This document shows, piece by piece, positions 51,540-64,000 of a stretch of 64,000 nt of DNA (the first letter of the stretch is position 1; the number at the start of each line of letters is the position of its first letter). Origin of the DNA: Octopus bimaculoides (lineage: Eukaryota); contig NC_068981.1 of assembly GCF_001194135.2 (NCBI RefSeq), positions 104,060,613-104,124,612 of the forward strand. The letters are read 5' to 3'. A program made the translations under genes and the position numbers. The notes beneath the pieces are model-generated. The model was not told the origin of the DNA and did not search any database. It worked only from the letters and a program-made list of their open reading frames with translations.

Positions 51540-52020
51540 GCAGCAGCGGTGGTAAGGTGGCAGAATTGTTAGCATGCCAGACAAAATGCTTAGTAGCATT
51601 TCATCCGTCTTTACATTCTAAGTTCAAATTCTGCTAAGGTTGACTTTATCTTTCATCCTTTTGGAGTTGATAAAATAAGTACCAGTTTCATACTAGGGTC
51701 AATGTAATCTATTAGCCCTCTTCCCCAGGATTTCAGGCCTTGGGCCTATACTAGAAAGGATTATTATTATTATCATCATCATCATCATTATCATTACTTT
51801 AGGGTGGTGCACTAGCAGAATTGTCAAAAAAAATGCATTGCAGCATTTCTTCATGTTTCTTGCATTCTAGGTTTAAATCCCACTATGGTCAACTACTTTG
51901 CCTTTCATCCTTTCAAGGTTGGTAAAATAAAGTACCAATCAGTTACTACAGTTGATGGTCTTGATTCCTTTTCAGCCCTTCAGAATAACTGGCCTACCTC
52001 TTAAATAAGAAAGCATTGTC
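51540..52020 (+). mobile_element. Two head-to-tail SINE family 3 copies
   Basis: Heads ggtggcagaattgttagc (51556) and ctagcagaattgtc (51810). Confidence 0.8.
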
Positions 52021-54207
52021 ATCAGGCTCTCACTACTCTCTTCCATTTGGGTAATGCAATCAGTGGATGTTCTATTCTAGCTATATATAGAAATCTAATT
52101 GTGGGTTTCCATCTACTAAATCCACTCACAAGGCTTTGGTCAGCCTGAGACTATAGCAAAAGACACTTACCCAAGGTGCCATGCAGTGAGACTGAACCCA
52201 GAACCACATAGGTGGGAATCTTCTTACCACAGAGCTATGCCTGCACTTTTCCAAAATAATTTTTCTTGGGATTCAAATATGAATGGGATATTGTGTTATC
52301 AGTGAGCAGAAACAAGACAAATGATGAAAGGTCTTATATGGTTACATTATATAAGTCCTCATTTTCTTTGGTAATTTCCATAAAAATTTAACACATGAGG
52401 CATTAGTTCTCACAAATATCTAAAAAGTGGTGATAGATTCATCTTACGCACAGTAACAGCTGTTTGATATAACTCCACAAGACAGCAATACTTGGACACT
52501 GAACTAGTGCATGCAGAATGGTTTTGTCATTCTGCACACATCTTTGATAGCACTGCCTGGCCAGAGAAGTTATCCATGGGTTAGCATAATTTCTGTTTGG
52601 TTAAAATTATCTGCCACTGGACATTAAAAGATGATGATGAGATGAGGGGCATTGTTTAACACTACTCTATGAAAGGTACTCAACTACAAAAGTCCAAGTA
52701 CTACTAATATAAATGAATTAGCTCTATGTACCATGGGTTTCATTTGTTGTTATTGTTTAGTCCCTAACAGAATAGACCTGCATTTCATCCAAGACCTTTC
52801 ATCCCATCCTTCTCTTGAGCATTGAATATCAAGGAATTCATTATCCAAAGCATCCCTCTTTTTATGTAAGATGGTAGGGTATAATTTATGGGAGATTTGA
52901 CTTCTACTTCTAGGAAGTTATGCAATCCATATAAACTCCCTCATTGTCTCATGAACTATTAAATCTTTTTCTTGTTTGCCCTTTTATATTCCAATTTCTA
53001 AAAAAGAATTTCTCTTATCTATTTTATATTGTTCTTTTACTGGTTTCAGCCATTCAGTGATGGTCATGCTGGAGATACAATCATATACCTCCAGTTTCTT
53101 ACTGGTGAGAGAAGGGTTATTGCAAACAAATGTTTCACATACGTAAAGGAGAGAGAAAGAAAATGATTTTTTTTAAATGTCTTTTAGTAAAATTTTTTTG
53201 AAAAAAGGCATTTAAAAAAATGAAAACAAAAGTATTAGAAATATCCAGCAAATATCATTGAACTCTTTTTTTCTTTTTTTGATTTTTTTTTTTTTGTAGT
53301 GTCGATTACAAGGGTCAAAAAGCTATAGAGTTAAAAAGCCATTAAAGTCTAGCGTCAAAATTTAACACTCTGTTGACAGTGGAACCACTGGGAATATGAG
53401 AAAGGGAAAAGAACAAGAAATGTCTCAGCATTTTGAAGTAGATGGCAAGCAGCTCCACTTCAAGAAATGTAAAATATGATATGCAAGAACATCTGACATA
53501 GTGAACAATCAGTCAGTATTTAGATGAAATACATTCCAAGTAAAACAGCCCAGTAGCTTGAGGAAATTACTACAGGAGAATTAAAAATAATCTCTTTTAT
53601 TGACACAAAGTTACAAATCTGTAAGGAAGGGATATATATCAACTTTAGCACATGACTGATGCTTATTTGTCTTGGTTTCTTTCTTCCAGAAGTATAAAAA
53701 ACCAAGTTATTTCATGCATATTTTGAGCTTAAATTATAGAGAAACAGGACTGTGGAAAAACAATTATCCTGATGATCTGTTTTTGTCACACTACTACCAG
53801 TATGTATAATAAAGTGGATTGCATAGATTTTTTTCCTTTGTTGAAATAGTAAATGCTGATAAGCAATTGTAACAAGATAGTATAACAATCTTTTAATTGA
53901 CGGATGGATTTAATTTTTACATTCCCAAGGCTACAAAATCTGATAGAATCCATCATAATTACTACATATAATTAGTATAGAATAGTAAGTATGAATTATA
54001 TAAAGGAAAGAATTTTTGGATTATGCTGTCTTAGAATGATTTCAGTGTTGGCAACACTTGATTGTTCAAACTGCTCTTTTCTAAAGAGGGTTGAGAATTG
54101 CATTTATATGAGTGAAGATGAATTGTAGAAGTTGATTTTTTTTTTTTTCCTGTGTGCCTTGAATAGAGTTGGTGTTTTGTAATTTGACAGCTATCAAGAA
54201 TAATTGC

Positions 54208-54241
<34 letters not shown>

Positions 54242-55302
54242 CTAACTCTCACCCTTATCTCTTAATATATACCATACACATGGCTATTTTACTCTTTCAA
54301 ATTATGATAAGTGTTTATTATGTGAGCATGCTGCCAGAGATTTTTTTATAAAAAGAGTAAGCTGAACATTATAATATTCATATCTTTCTTGAAGTTATTA
54401 GCTGCGTAAATGAAGCTAAATTGTTTCAGACCAGAGTCAAATTGAAGTTATAGATGTATATTGTTGTGTATGTGCTATTTCTCCGAAATTCTAGTGCTCT
54501 TATCCGCTATGCTAGTCTTTAAGAATTACAGAATTGTAACATAGTAAATAAATTCCTCAGATAATTTGCCTGTTGTCAGCCAATTTAGTTAATTACTTTA
54601 CTTTTCAGTATCAAACACATTTGTTAATGGGTGATAATCATTATTGAATCATGCTTGGGACAAGTAAGGTCTCTATTACTTTTATCCAAACTCATAGTAA
54701 AAGTTGGGTTTCCATAACAAACCAATGAAGCATTAGTAAATTTTACTAAGTTTTAACTGATTACAAATTCAAATGAGACTTATTTACAACTATGTAGAAT
54801 GGAATATTGAGAGTTAAATAACTGGCCCATAGACAGACACTGTACAGTGCTAGTAACAAGACAGGAACAACCAACCATTTGGTTGTCACATACATGACTC
54901 TTCATAGGGAATAAGAATATTGCTTTCAAATTTTGACACAGGGTCAGCCTTTAGATGAGAAAGTTAAGTCAATTACATTGATCCCAATGTTCAACTGATA
55001 CTTATTTTATTAGGCCAGATTCAACATCTTATGAAGTTTCTTGGAAACCGTTTAAAAATGTGTTTGAAATATTAAAATCCTATATAAGAAATAAGTTGTC
55101 TGAATTGAAACTTCAGGCTTACATGATTATCTAGAAATTAAGGCACTTAAAAAACCAGCATTGGACATTGGTTGTCAAGCCATGGTAGGGAACAAACACA
55201 ACACAAAAATACACACACAACCCTATATATATATATGTATACATATAAACATGGCAACCCAGGTTCATATCTTGGTCACGGCTGCACAGGATATTTATAA
55301 GC

Positions 55303-55513
55303 ATAGGCATGGCTGTGGTAAGAAGCTTGCTTCCCAACCCCATGGTTCAGTCCCACTGTGTGGCACCTCGGCAAGTGTCTTCTACTATCACCTCGGACCA
55401 GCCAAAGCCTTGTGAGTGGATTTGGTAGACGGAAACTGAAAGAAGACGGCACCCATGCTAGCATGGAAGACGGACGTTTAACAATGATGATGGTGATGAT
55501 GATGATATATGTA

Positions 55514-55559
<46 letters not shown>

Positions 55560-55940
55560 GGATTCCTGCCTCCCAGGAGTGAAAAGTTACATTTGTCTTG
55601 CACTTTAGAGTTTGACAAGACGTCCATGGGGTGAAGCCCTTTGTGGATGCAAAACCATTGGTCACTCTATGACTGGACATAGATTTAACTACATATAAAT
55701 ACATATATATATGTATTTATGTGTGTCTTTGTGTCTCCTCCCACACTACTTGACAACCAGTGTTGGTGTATTTACGTCCCCTGAAACTTAGCAGTTCGGC
55801 AAAAGTGACTGATACAATAAGCACTAGACTTTGAGTAAAAAAAAAGGCCTGCAGTTGATTTGTTTGACTAAAACCCTTCGAGGTGGTGCTCCAGCATGCC
55901 TACAGTCAACTGACTGAAACAAGTAAAAGAATAAAAGAAT
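55303..55940 (+). mobile_element. SINE family 1 split by an RTE tail fragment and microsatellites
   Basis: Head/core 55303-55446, RTE tail 55447-55505, SINE 3' half 55738-55940. Confidence 0.7.
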
Positions 55941-55949
55941 TTATCATCA

Positions 55950-56405
55950 TCATCATCATCATTATACATCCGTTTTCCATACTGGCATGGGTTGGACAGT
56001 TTTACTGAAAACTGGCAAGCCAGTAGGCTGCACCAGGCTCCAGTCTGATCTGGCAAGATTTCTACAGCTAGATGCCTTTCCTAATGCCAACCACTCCGAG
56101 AGTGTAATGAGTGCTTTTTATGTGCCCCTGTCAAGGGAGCCAGTCAGGCGGCACTGGCATCGACCACATTCAGATGATGCTTTTTATGTGCCACCTATAT
56201 ATATATCATCATCATCATCATCATCGTTTAACGTCCGCTTTCCATGCTAGCATGGGTTGGACGATTTGACTGAGGACTGGTGAAACCGGATGGCAACACC
56301 AGGCTCCAGTCTGATTTGGCAGAGTTTCTACAGCTGGATGCCCTTCCTAACGCCAACCACTCAGAGAGTGTAGTGGGTGCTTTTACGTGTCACCCGCACG
56401 AAAAC
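55950..56405 (-). mobile_element. Two tandem RTE 3' UTRs; the younger one runs into the gap
   Basis: Both begin with (CAT)n. 56205-56405 closely matches the reverse complement of 33850-34058. Confidence 0.85.
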
Positions 56406-57102
56406 NNNNNNNNNNNNNNNNNNNNNNNNNNNNNNNNNNNNNNNNNNNNNNNNNNNNNNNNNNNNNNNNNNNNNNNNNNNNNNNNNNNNNNNNNNNNNNN
56501 NNNNNNNNNNNNNNNNNNNNNNNNNNNNNNNNNNNNNNNNNNNNNNNNNNNNNNNNNNNNNNNNNNNNNNNNNNNNNNNNNNNNNNNNNNNNNNNNNNNN
56601 NNNNNNNNNNNNNNNNNNNNNNNNNNNNNNNNNNNNNNNNNNNNNNNNNNNNNNNNNNNNNNNNNNNNNNNNNNNNNNNNNNNNNNNNNNNNNNNNNNNN
56701 NNNNNNNNNNNNNNNNNNNNNNNNNNNNNNNNNNNNNNNNNNNNNNNNNNNNNNNNNNNNNNNNNNNNNNNNNNNNNNNNNNNNNNNNNNNNNNNNNNNN
56801 NNNNNNNNNNNNNNNNNNNNNNNNNNNNNNNNNNNNNNNNNNNNNNNNNNNNNNNNNNNNNNNNNNNNNNNNNNNNNNNNNNNNNNNNNNNNNNNNNNNN
56901 NNNNNNNNNNNNNNNNNNNNNNNNNNNNNNNNNNNNNNNNNNNNNNNNNNNNNNNNNNNNNNNNNNNNNNNNNNNNNNNNNNNNNNNNNNNNNNNNNNNN
57001 NNNNNNNNNNNNNNNNNNNNNNNNNNNNNNNNNNNNNNNNNNNNNNNNNNNNNNNNNNNNNNNNNNNNNNNNNNNNNNNNNNNNNNNNNNNNNNNNNNNN
57101 NN
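56406..57102. other. Assembly gap (N run)
   Basis: Run of n between an RTE and (CT)n. Confidence 1.
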
Positions 57103-57147
<45 letters not shown>

Positions 57148-57287
57148 CCCTCTCTCTCTTTTTTTCTTTTCTTTATACTAATGTTCAACTGTTCATTCCT
57201 TTTAGCTATTCTGGTTCTGTTTATTTATGTTAAAAGTAACTGATAATCACTAATTAGCTTACACCAACAACTCTGTACTGTTTCCAG

Positions 57288-57384
57288 CACTATTCAGCTG
57301 TCAGGGTGTTACCACAAATGGTATGAAGATTATTACCAAAACATTACCAATACCCAGCCATTCCTTCAGACGAGTATCAACATG
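57288..57384 (+). CDS. Candidate 97-nt internal exon, phase-compatible with 49339-49418
   Basis: Acceptor ctctgtactgtttccag, near-consensus donor ATG|GTGAGT. The frame reads C+TIQLSGCYHKWYEDYYQNITNTQPFLQTSINM; a second frame is also open. Confidence 0.5.
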
Positions 57385-59453
57385 GTGAGTGGTGCACATC
57401 ACTGCTGTAGGTGCCAGACATTCTGTATAATTGATTTCTAACTTTGGCACATATTTTATCAACATTGGCAGGATTTGAACACTAAATGTTAAAGGACATA
57501 ACTAAATACTGCAAAGTACTTTGTTCAACACTCTATTGTTATTACTATTCATCACCTGAGGCACTATATAATTGATGTGCTTTTTGTTTGCCTGCAGTAT
57601 TGAACTCAAAGCTTGCAATAGATAAAGTTCATGAGAGATACCAAAGTTACTGGGACAACAATAGGAGAAACTGTTGCAGAAAATATTTGAACTCTATTGA
57701 TCTAAAATAGAAATCACTATCATCGTTTTTGTCTATTTTTTCATGCTTGTATTGGTTAAACAGGTTTTCTCCAGAACAACATCTCACCACTTGTGACCCT
57801 TTGTCTTCTCCTTTGTGAGGTTCAAATCAACCTCCTGAAATAATCTTCCAAGATTTCTCTTGTTCTACCCAATCTTCCTTTCACTTGGGTCACTTGACCC
57901 CCACCTCCTTTACCAAACTACCATCTTCCATATGAATCACCTGTCTACCTCTCTTTTGCACACTACTTTAGATTCTTCTTATACCCAGTTTTTCTCTCAG
58001 TATTTCTGTGCTCTGCCATTTATACTCACTAAAATTGCATGCCCATATGTGCCTCTAATGCTTGCCCCACCCTGGGTTACACATTGACTACTTCCCAAAT
58101 AGCAGTAGAATCTTGTTTCCTTTTCTGATAACTAAACATTTCTTTTGTTTGGTCTACTTTGAAACCTTTTGATTCCAGGTTTTAGAATTTCTATAAATCT
58201 TTAATGCATTCAGAACTAGCTTCCATATTTTCCTTCACCAGATTATCTTGTGTCTCTGAGTACAAGAAAATTCAAATTGTATTTAAAGCAGCAACACCCT
58301 ATCAGTATAAATGTACATCAGAATTAACTCCGCCTTCTCTCTCTCCCTATCCTTCACTATATCCTTCTCCCTCTCTCACTCACTCTCCTCGATGTATATC
58401 TATCACCTGTAACCACAGTACTATGCTGAAGATATTCTCCCCTCATTGCTCACTCCTTGACATACAAGCTTTGTTCATCTTTTACAGACCAACTGAAAGT
58501 CTATAAATGAAAACCTCCAAAACACTTTTCAATAAAATCTTTACATTGCACAATATCAGCCAAATATTTCGTCATCTTTTCTCATCATGAAGTGTATATC
58601 ATTGAAAACAACGCTCACTTTTGTTTCTCTCAATACTACATTCCAATTATTAGTTTCTCTGATTTTCTTCAGGTACATTACAATTTTATTTTGATTAAAA
58701 CTGAACACAAAGACCTTCATTCATGTGCAGGGTTTCAATAGTTTTATTCACTACACTGTACTATATTTTATCTACCTCTTGGCATAATATATTTCATGCT
58801 AGTGTTTACAATAAGTTGATAAAAGTAGCTTATTTATTTTAAAACTTCAGATCTCACATTGCTACAAGGAAACAAAATGTTTGGCAACAGACTATACAAA
58901 AGTCTTTATCTTCTATCAAATTGAAAGCTAAAACTCCTGGGCTTGGTTTGATATTGTTTAAAAGCAAACATCACGCACTAACCTTAAGATCCCAAGAATT
59001 TGAGATAAGGTTTTATTTCTAAAATATAAAATGGAAAACCCTGCTTTGCAAAAGACCTTGAATGTAATGAATACGAGTAAAGAAACAAAGGTCATCAGTG
59101 TAATTTGATCGCAAGGTTCACAAATTTGGTTAACCTTTTCTTAGCTATCAAAGATATTTCAGCCAAGACTCTAAAATGCCCGAGTGTGTTCTGAATTATC
59201 TATGGATATTATCTTTCCATTTTGTATTGGTTTCTCATTTGCACCTACCCTAAGACATTCTACTGAGGCTAAACAGATTTTGGTGGCATTTTAACTGATC
59301 TTGTTTATGGTGCTATTTATTTTAAGTGTCAACCTTTAGAACATTTCAGGAGATTATATCAGATAATGAACATATATCCCCAATACTTCTAGTCACTCTC
59401 AGTTTAATCTGTGAAGCTTGTATGTATCTGAGGTTTGTATGCATTGTGTGTGT

Positions 59454-59534
<81 letters not shown>

Positions 59535-60877
59535 CATGTACATAATTCAAAATTATGCTTTTGCTTATACAGGTGTAATATATGTAGGTATATATGTATG
59601 TGTGTATTTATGTGTGAATGTGTGTGTGTATGTAAGTATGTATGTGTATATATATATGTGTGTATGCTTGTATGTATATATATGTATGCATGCTTATGTA
59701 TGTATGTATGTGTGTGTGTGTGTATGTAAATGTATTATTTTAGTTTGACACTGAAGAGAAACCAGCCATCAGATCAATTGACATAAATATTCATAAACTA
59801 TGAATTGATGATAATCGGGCAATGATTTTTAAAAAATAGTGTGATCCAATTCACCTGAGTAAAAAGTTACTCCAGGTTTGGAACACTCTACTGCTGTAAG
59901 CATGAGCAGCAACACTGTTAAAATGGGAACTGTTTCATTATTTCTATCATTGCCCTTCTCTTCTCTTTTTTGAATACAGTCTGGACTTGCAATAGGCTGC
60001 ATTGAAATGATTTTTTTCTTATTTCAGCACAAAACTTTGCATTTGTATTGTAATTTGATGTTATGATGTTCATACTTCCCTCAAAGCTAAAGTGAGTCTT
60101 ATGTGCCATTAAATAGTTTGTCATCAGTGAAAGTAGTATCATGCAAATCAGACTGACTGACTTAGTGAAGTTATTATATATTATAACTATAATTAGCAGT
60201 AAACTATGTTTCTTTCTGTAGACAGATTAAGAAGACTAATTCTATTTTAATTATCTAGTGCATGCATGCATGCACTGAAAGAGAGAGAGAGAGAGGAAAG
60301 AAAAGTGGGGAAGCCTTTTCTTTCATTTGTGTGATTAGATTGCACATCACTACAGTGACCAATGGAAATTATCAAGAATAAAAATCGGGCTGCTCTTTCG
60401 CATTACAGAATTTTCTATGTATGTTATTCATAATTCTACTTATTTTGAAAAATAGTGAGGTCACTGTTTCTATTTGTTTATCTATTTAGTATAGCCAAAG
60501 TATAAAAAAAAAAAAGAATAAGAAAAAATTCTGAAATTATTTTGGAACCTTCAACTGTGATAATATTAATGTTAACGTTATCTCTTTCATGCAAAAATAA
60601 CGACTAAAAAATAATTACTTTTGGTGATATCTAAATTCCAGCTAATTATGAAAATAATTACTATAGCAATATATTATTACTTTTCATACTACTAATACTA
60701 CTACTACCAACACCACCACCACCACCATTGCATACCAGAGTTTTTTTTTTTATATATACCAAATACCATAGCAAATAAATTATTAGCTAAAATTGTATTT
60801 GTGAATTCTGCTTCTGCCTTTTACTCACTTATCAAGTGTTATATGCATACACACTGAATGATACATTGCATACTCAC

Positions 60878-60926
<49 letters not shown>

Positions 60927-61822
60927 TATCATTTTATGTCTGCTTTTCTATGCTAGCATGGGTTGGATGAATCATCACAGTTCCAGTTCTTAACTGGATT
61001 TACTACTTTTTTAGATGGGTTCAGGCTCCCTGTCTCACTTTTAAATTCCATTATGTGTGTTTTGTGTGTGTGTGTGTGTTTGTGTCCTTGTATTTGTGTC
61101 TGTGTGTGTGTGTGTGTAGGTTCAGTATGACTAGATGGTTAAGATGTAAAGATTCATTTTGCAACAATGAGGTACTGGGTTCAAACCCACCACATAGCAT
61201 CTTGACCAAATGTCATTTTCTATAATCTCAAGTTGATCCCAATCTTTGTAAATGAAACAGAGTAGACAGACAGAAAGTGTATAGGATCCAGTCCGGTGGA
61301 TCATACTGGTTATTCAAAAGATATAACATTGTCATATACTGTGTCACATTTACTTTGCCTTAGAATTTCTTTAAGGGGATGCATGACTATGGAATACTCA
61401 GCCAGTGTTGGTGCCATGTAAAAAGCACTCAGTCTGCTCCGTAAAGTAGTTGGCTTTTGGAAGGGCATCCAGCTATAAAAACCATGTCTAAACAGACAGT
61501 GAAGCTTGGTGCAGTCTTCTGGCTTGCCAGCAACTGTAAAACTATCCAGCGTGTGCCAGTATGGAAAACAAACATTAAAGGATGATGATGATGACATTGA
61601 AACATTTGCAGTGTAACTTCACATATAGGATATGGGGTGAATTTTTATGACATTTTTGAGGGTTAAAAGTGTGTCTCATTGAAAGCAGTATTATGCAAAT
61701 CAGATTGACTGACTTACTGAAGTGATTATATATTATGACTATAATTAGCAGTATTCTGTTTCTTTCTGTAGATGGATTATGATCAATCCTTTTTATTTAT
61801 TTATTCTTGAAGTGTGTACATT

Positions 61823-62016
61823 GAGAGAGAGAGAGGCAGAGAAAGAGAGAGGCAGAGAGAGAGAGGCAGAGAGAGAGAGGCAGAGAGAGAGAGGCAGAGA
61901 GAGAGAGGCAGAGAGAGAGAGGCAGAGAGAGAGAGGCAGAGAGAGAGAGGCAGAGAGAGAGAGGCAGAGAGAGAGAGGCAGAGAGAGAGAGGCAGAGAGA
62001 GAGAGGCAGAGAGAGG
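61823..62016. repeat. 14-bp minisatellite (GAGAGAGAGAGGCA)n, about 13 units
   Basis: Directly visible. It explains the ERERQR and LSLC ORFs. Confidence 0.95.
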
Positions 62017-62299
62017 GAAGACTTGTTTCATTTGTATGATTAGATTGTATTGACCAAAATTTGTAAATAACCTTTCTATACACTTCAGATTGCGGATCAT
62101 GTGCTGATTAGTGCATCATTTACTACTGCTACATGTACACACATACATACATACATTTATATATACAGAGTGCAATGGGTAAATTGTTGCCATTTTTAAT
62201 TTCACACATTTACATTGTTTGATTTTGATTTTGTCAACTACACAGTATAGTTGGGTCGGTTGGGCACCATCTGTGACGAAAACAACACAATAACGCAAT

Positions 62300-63018
62300 T
62301 CATTCTGCCAGAAATTTGGAAACAACATGCTGTACTGCTTGGCATTCACACCAGAAGCTCCAATATGAACATTTGAGAATTTGAGTGTGTTTGGTTGTCA
62401 ATCTGAGGACATGGACTGAGAATGATAAAAATCAGACATCCAGTCAACATCATGACGTTTGGAGTGATCCCTAGTGATGGTGATATTATGCCCCATTCAT
62501 CTTCCCACACGGCCTTAGACTCAACACAGATGCCTACATCAAGTGCCTGGAGGAGGAAGCACTACCCTGGGTCAAGAGGGTAGCTACTGGAAGACCCTAT
62601 GTCTGGCAACAGGACTCTGCACCATGCCACACAAGCAGGAGAACCCAGTCATGGCTGTCAGACAATTTCTGCAACCACATCACCCCTAACATCTGGCCAC
62701 CTAACTTCCCAGACTGCAACCCCCTTGACTATCATGCGTGGGAACAGTTGAGTGAGAGACCAACAAAAATCCTTGTAACACCAAAGATGAACTGAAGGCA
62801 AGGATTATGGCAGCATTCATCAACTTAAGCAAGGAGACCATCCAGAAGAGTTGCAGGAGATTCCAAAGTGATCTGGAGGCCGTGGTTGAGACCAATGGCA
62901 ATTTTATTGTATAGATTTACTCTTTAGTATTTCAAGATGTTTTTATGTAAGTTTGGTAAATATATCTGTTAAAATGGGATGTCAGTGTTATTTTCTCTTT
63001 TGCGTAATTCACACCACA

Positions 63019-63021
<3 letters not shown>
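62300..63021 (+). mobile_element. Internally deleted Tc1/mariner element of the maT (DD37D) type
   Basis: 62422-62914 (two frameshifts) reads MIKIRHPVNIMTFGV..WQQDSAPCHTSRRTQSWLSDNFCNHITPNIWPPNFPDCNPLDY..KDELKARI..VVETNGNFIV*. Exactly 37 residues separate the second and third D. A short N-terminal piece (HAVLLGIH..VNLRT) is fused upstream, and the element ends at TA. Confidence 0.85.
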
Positions 63022-63052
<31 letters not shown>

Positions 63053-63742
63053 TAGATCCATTCTGAGCTATTTGGGATTTGGAAAGTAAATCTATATCAT
63101 AAATGAGATTGGAAGCAGATTACTATTCATCATGCCTAAAGTCTTAACCATTCTCTCAGGAATTAAAATGAGTATCTCTTGTTCCCTACAATATGTATAT
63201 GTATTAAAATGTTTTGCTTAAAGTCATGCCATAACTCAGACATATATGGTATGTGCATTTGGAAATACTGAGATTCTATGAACAAGATAAGAAATCCCTG
63301 AAATTCTATGGGTTCAATGAATCCTTGAAATGCCGAAAGCATTCTCTAATTAATAAATTACCTGCTAACAGAAACAATTTAAGATATCTAATATGAGTGA
63401 TAAAGATGGCAGGTACTTTATAGGTAATGCAGTCATCCAGCAAGTGAAAAATATGTGGTTCTGGTGGTATCAGTGGGGCTGTAATTCTTTTCTATCACAA
63501 ATTAGTGCTTATAACATCTAATATCATTTGTTATTCATTGAAGCAATGGAAACAAAAAAAAACAAGCACGTACATGTTCATGTGACTATCTGTGTGATAG
63601 ATGAGTGAATACATACAAACACATAAATAAATGCAACCTTTATTTATATTTTTGTCCCAATTCATGCTCCTTGCAACTGGGTTACTTCTCTTAGCTTATT
63701 TATAGTATATTATATATATATATATATATATATACATATACT

Positions 63743-64000
63743 GTTAGGATTGGCACTCTCAACGTCGGCACGCTGAAAGGTAGATCTGGTGAAATTGTTG
63801 AGATGCTTGAACGGAGATGCGTAGATATGTGCTGCATCCAGGAAGTAAGATGGAGAGGAGGTTCTGCAAGGTTCCTCACAGGCAAAGAACACAGGTACAA
63901 GATTTTCTGGGCAGGGAACACTGACGGGGTCGGGGGCGTAGGAATACTTCTAGCGGAGAAATGGGTGGATAAGGTAATCGAGGTCGTTAGAGTAAGTGAC
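63743..64000 (+). CDS. RTE LINE apurinic-like endonuclease domain, open for 86 codons, running off the window
   Basis: VRIGTLNVGTLKGRSGEIVEMLERRCVDMCCIQEVRWRGGSARFLTGKEHRYKIFWAGNTDGVGGVGILLAEKWVDKVIEVVRVSD (TLNV, IQEVRW, GVGIL motifs). CpG-rich, and it starts right after (TA)n. Confidence 0.92.

Noticed and set aside
54609-54663. Plus-strand AG...GTAAGG exon candidate
   Set aside because: Stops in all three frames.

Overview
AT-rich animal non-coding DNA with dense microsatellites and three N-gaps. The repeat repertoire (tRNA-derived SINEs, RTE LINEs with (GAT)n tails, abundant TA/TG/TTA runs) resembles an octopus draft genome; this is an inference from pattern recall, not a database match. 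There is no long intact host ORF, and almost all ORF-track calls are microsatellite or N-gap artefacts. Real coding signal is mostly transposon-derived: a full-length decayed Chapaev-3-type DNA transposon (3033-5659, TIRs and TAA TSD), MULE, hAT, maT/DD37D and L1/Tx1 remnants, and many RTE fragments, including an open endonuclease start at the right edge. A few short exon candidates with good splice signals suggest the window may lie in the introns of a + strand gene; 49339-49418 and 57288-57384 join in frame. The most unusual signal is a set of minimal hammerhead-ribozyme (HHR) motifs of the Penelope-like-element (PLE) type in at least three unrelated short repeat families. They include a tRNA-headed (SINE-like) HHR element inserted as a TSD-flanked palindrome and a 93-bp TSD-flanked insert that is little more than the HHR.
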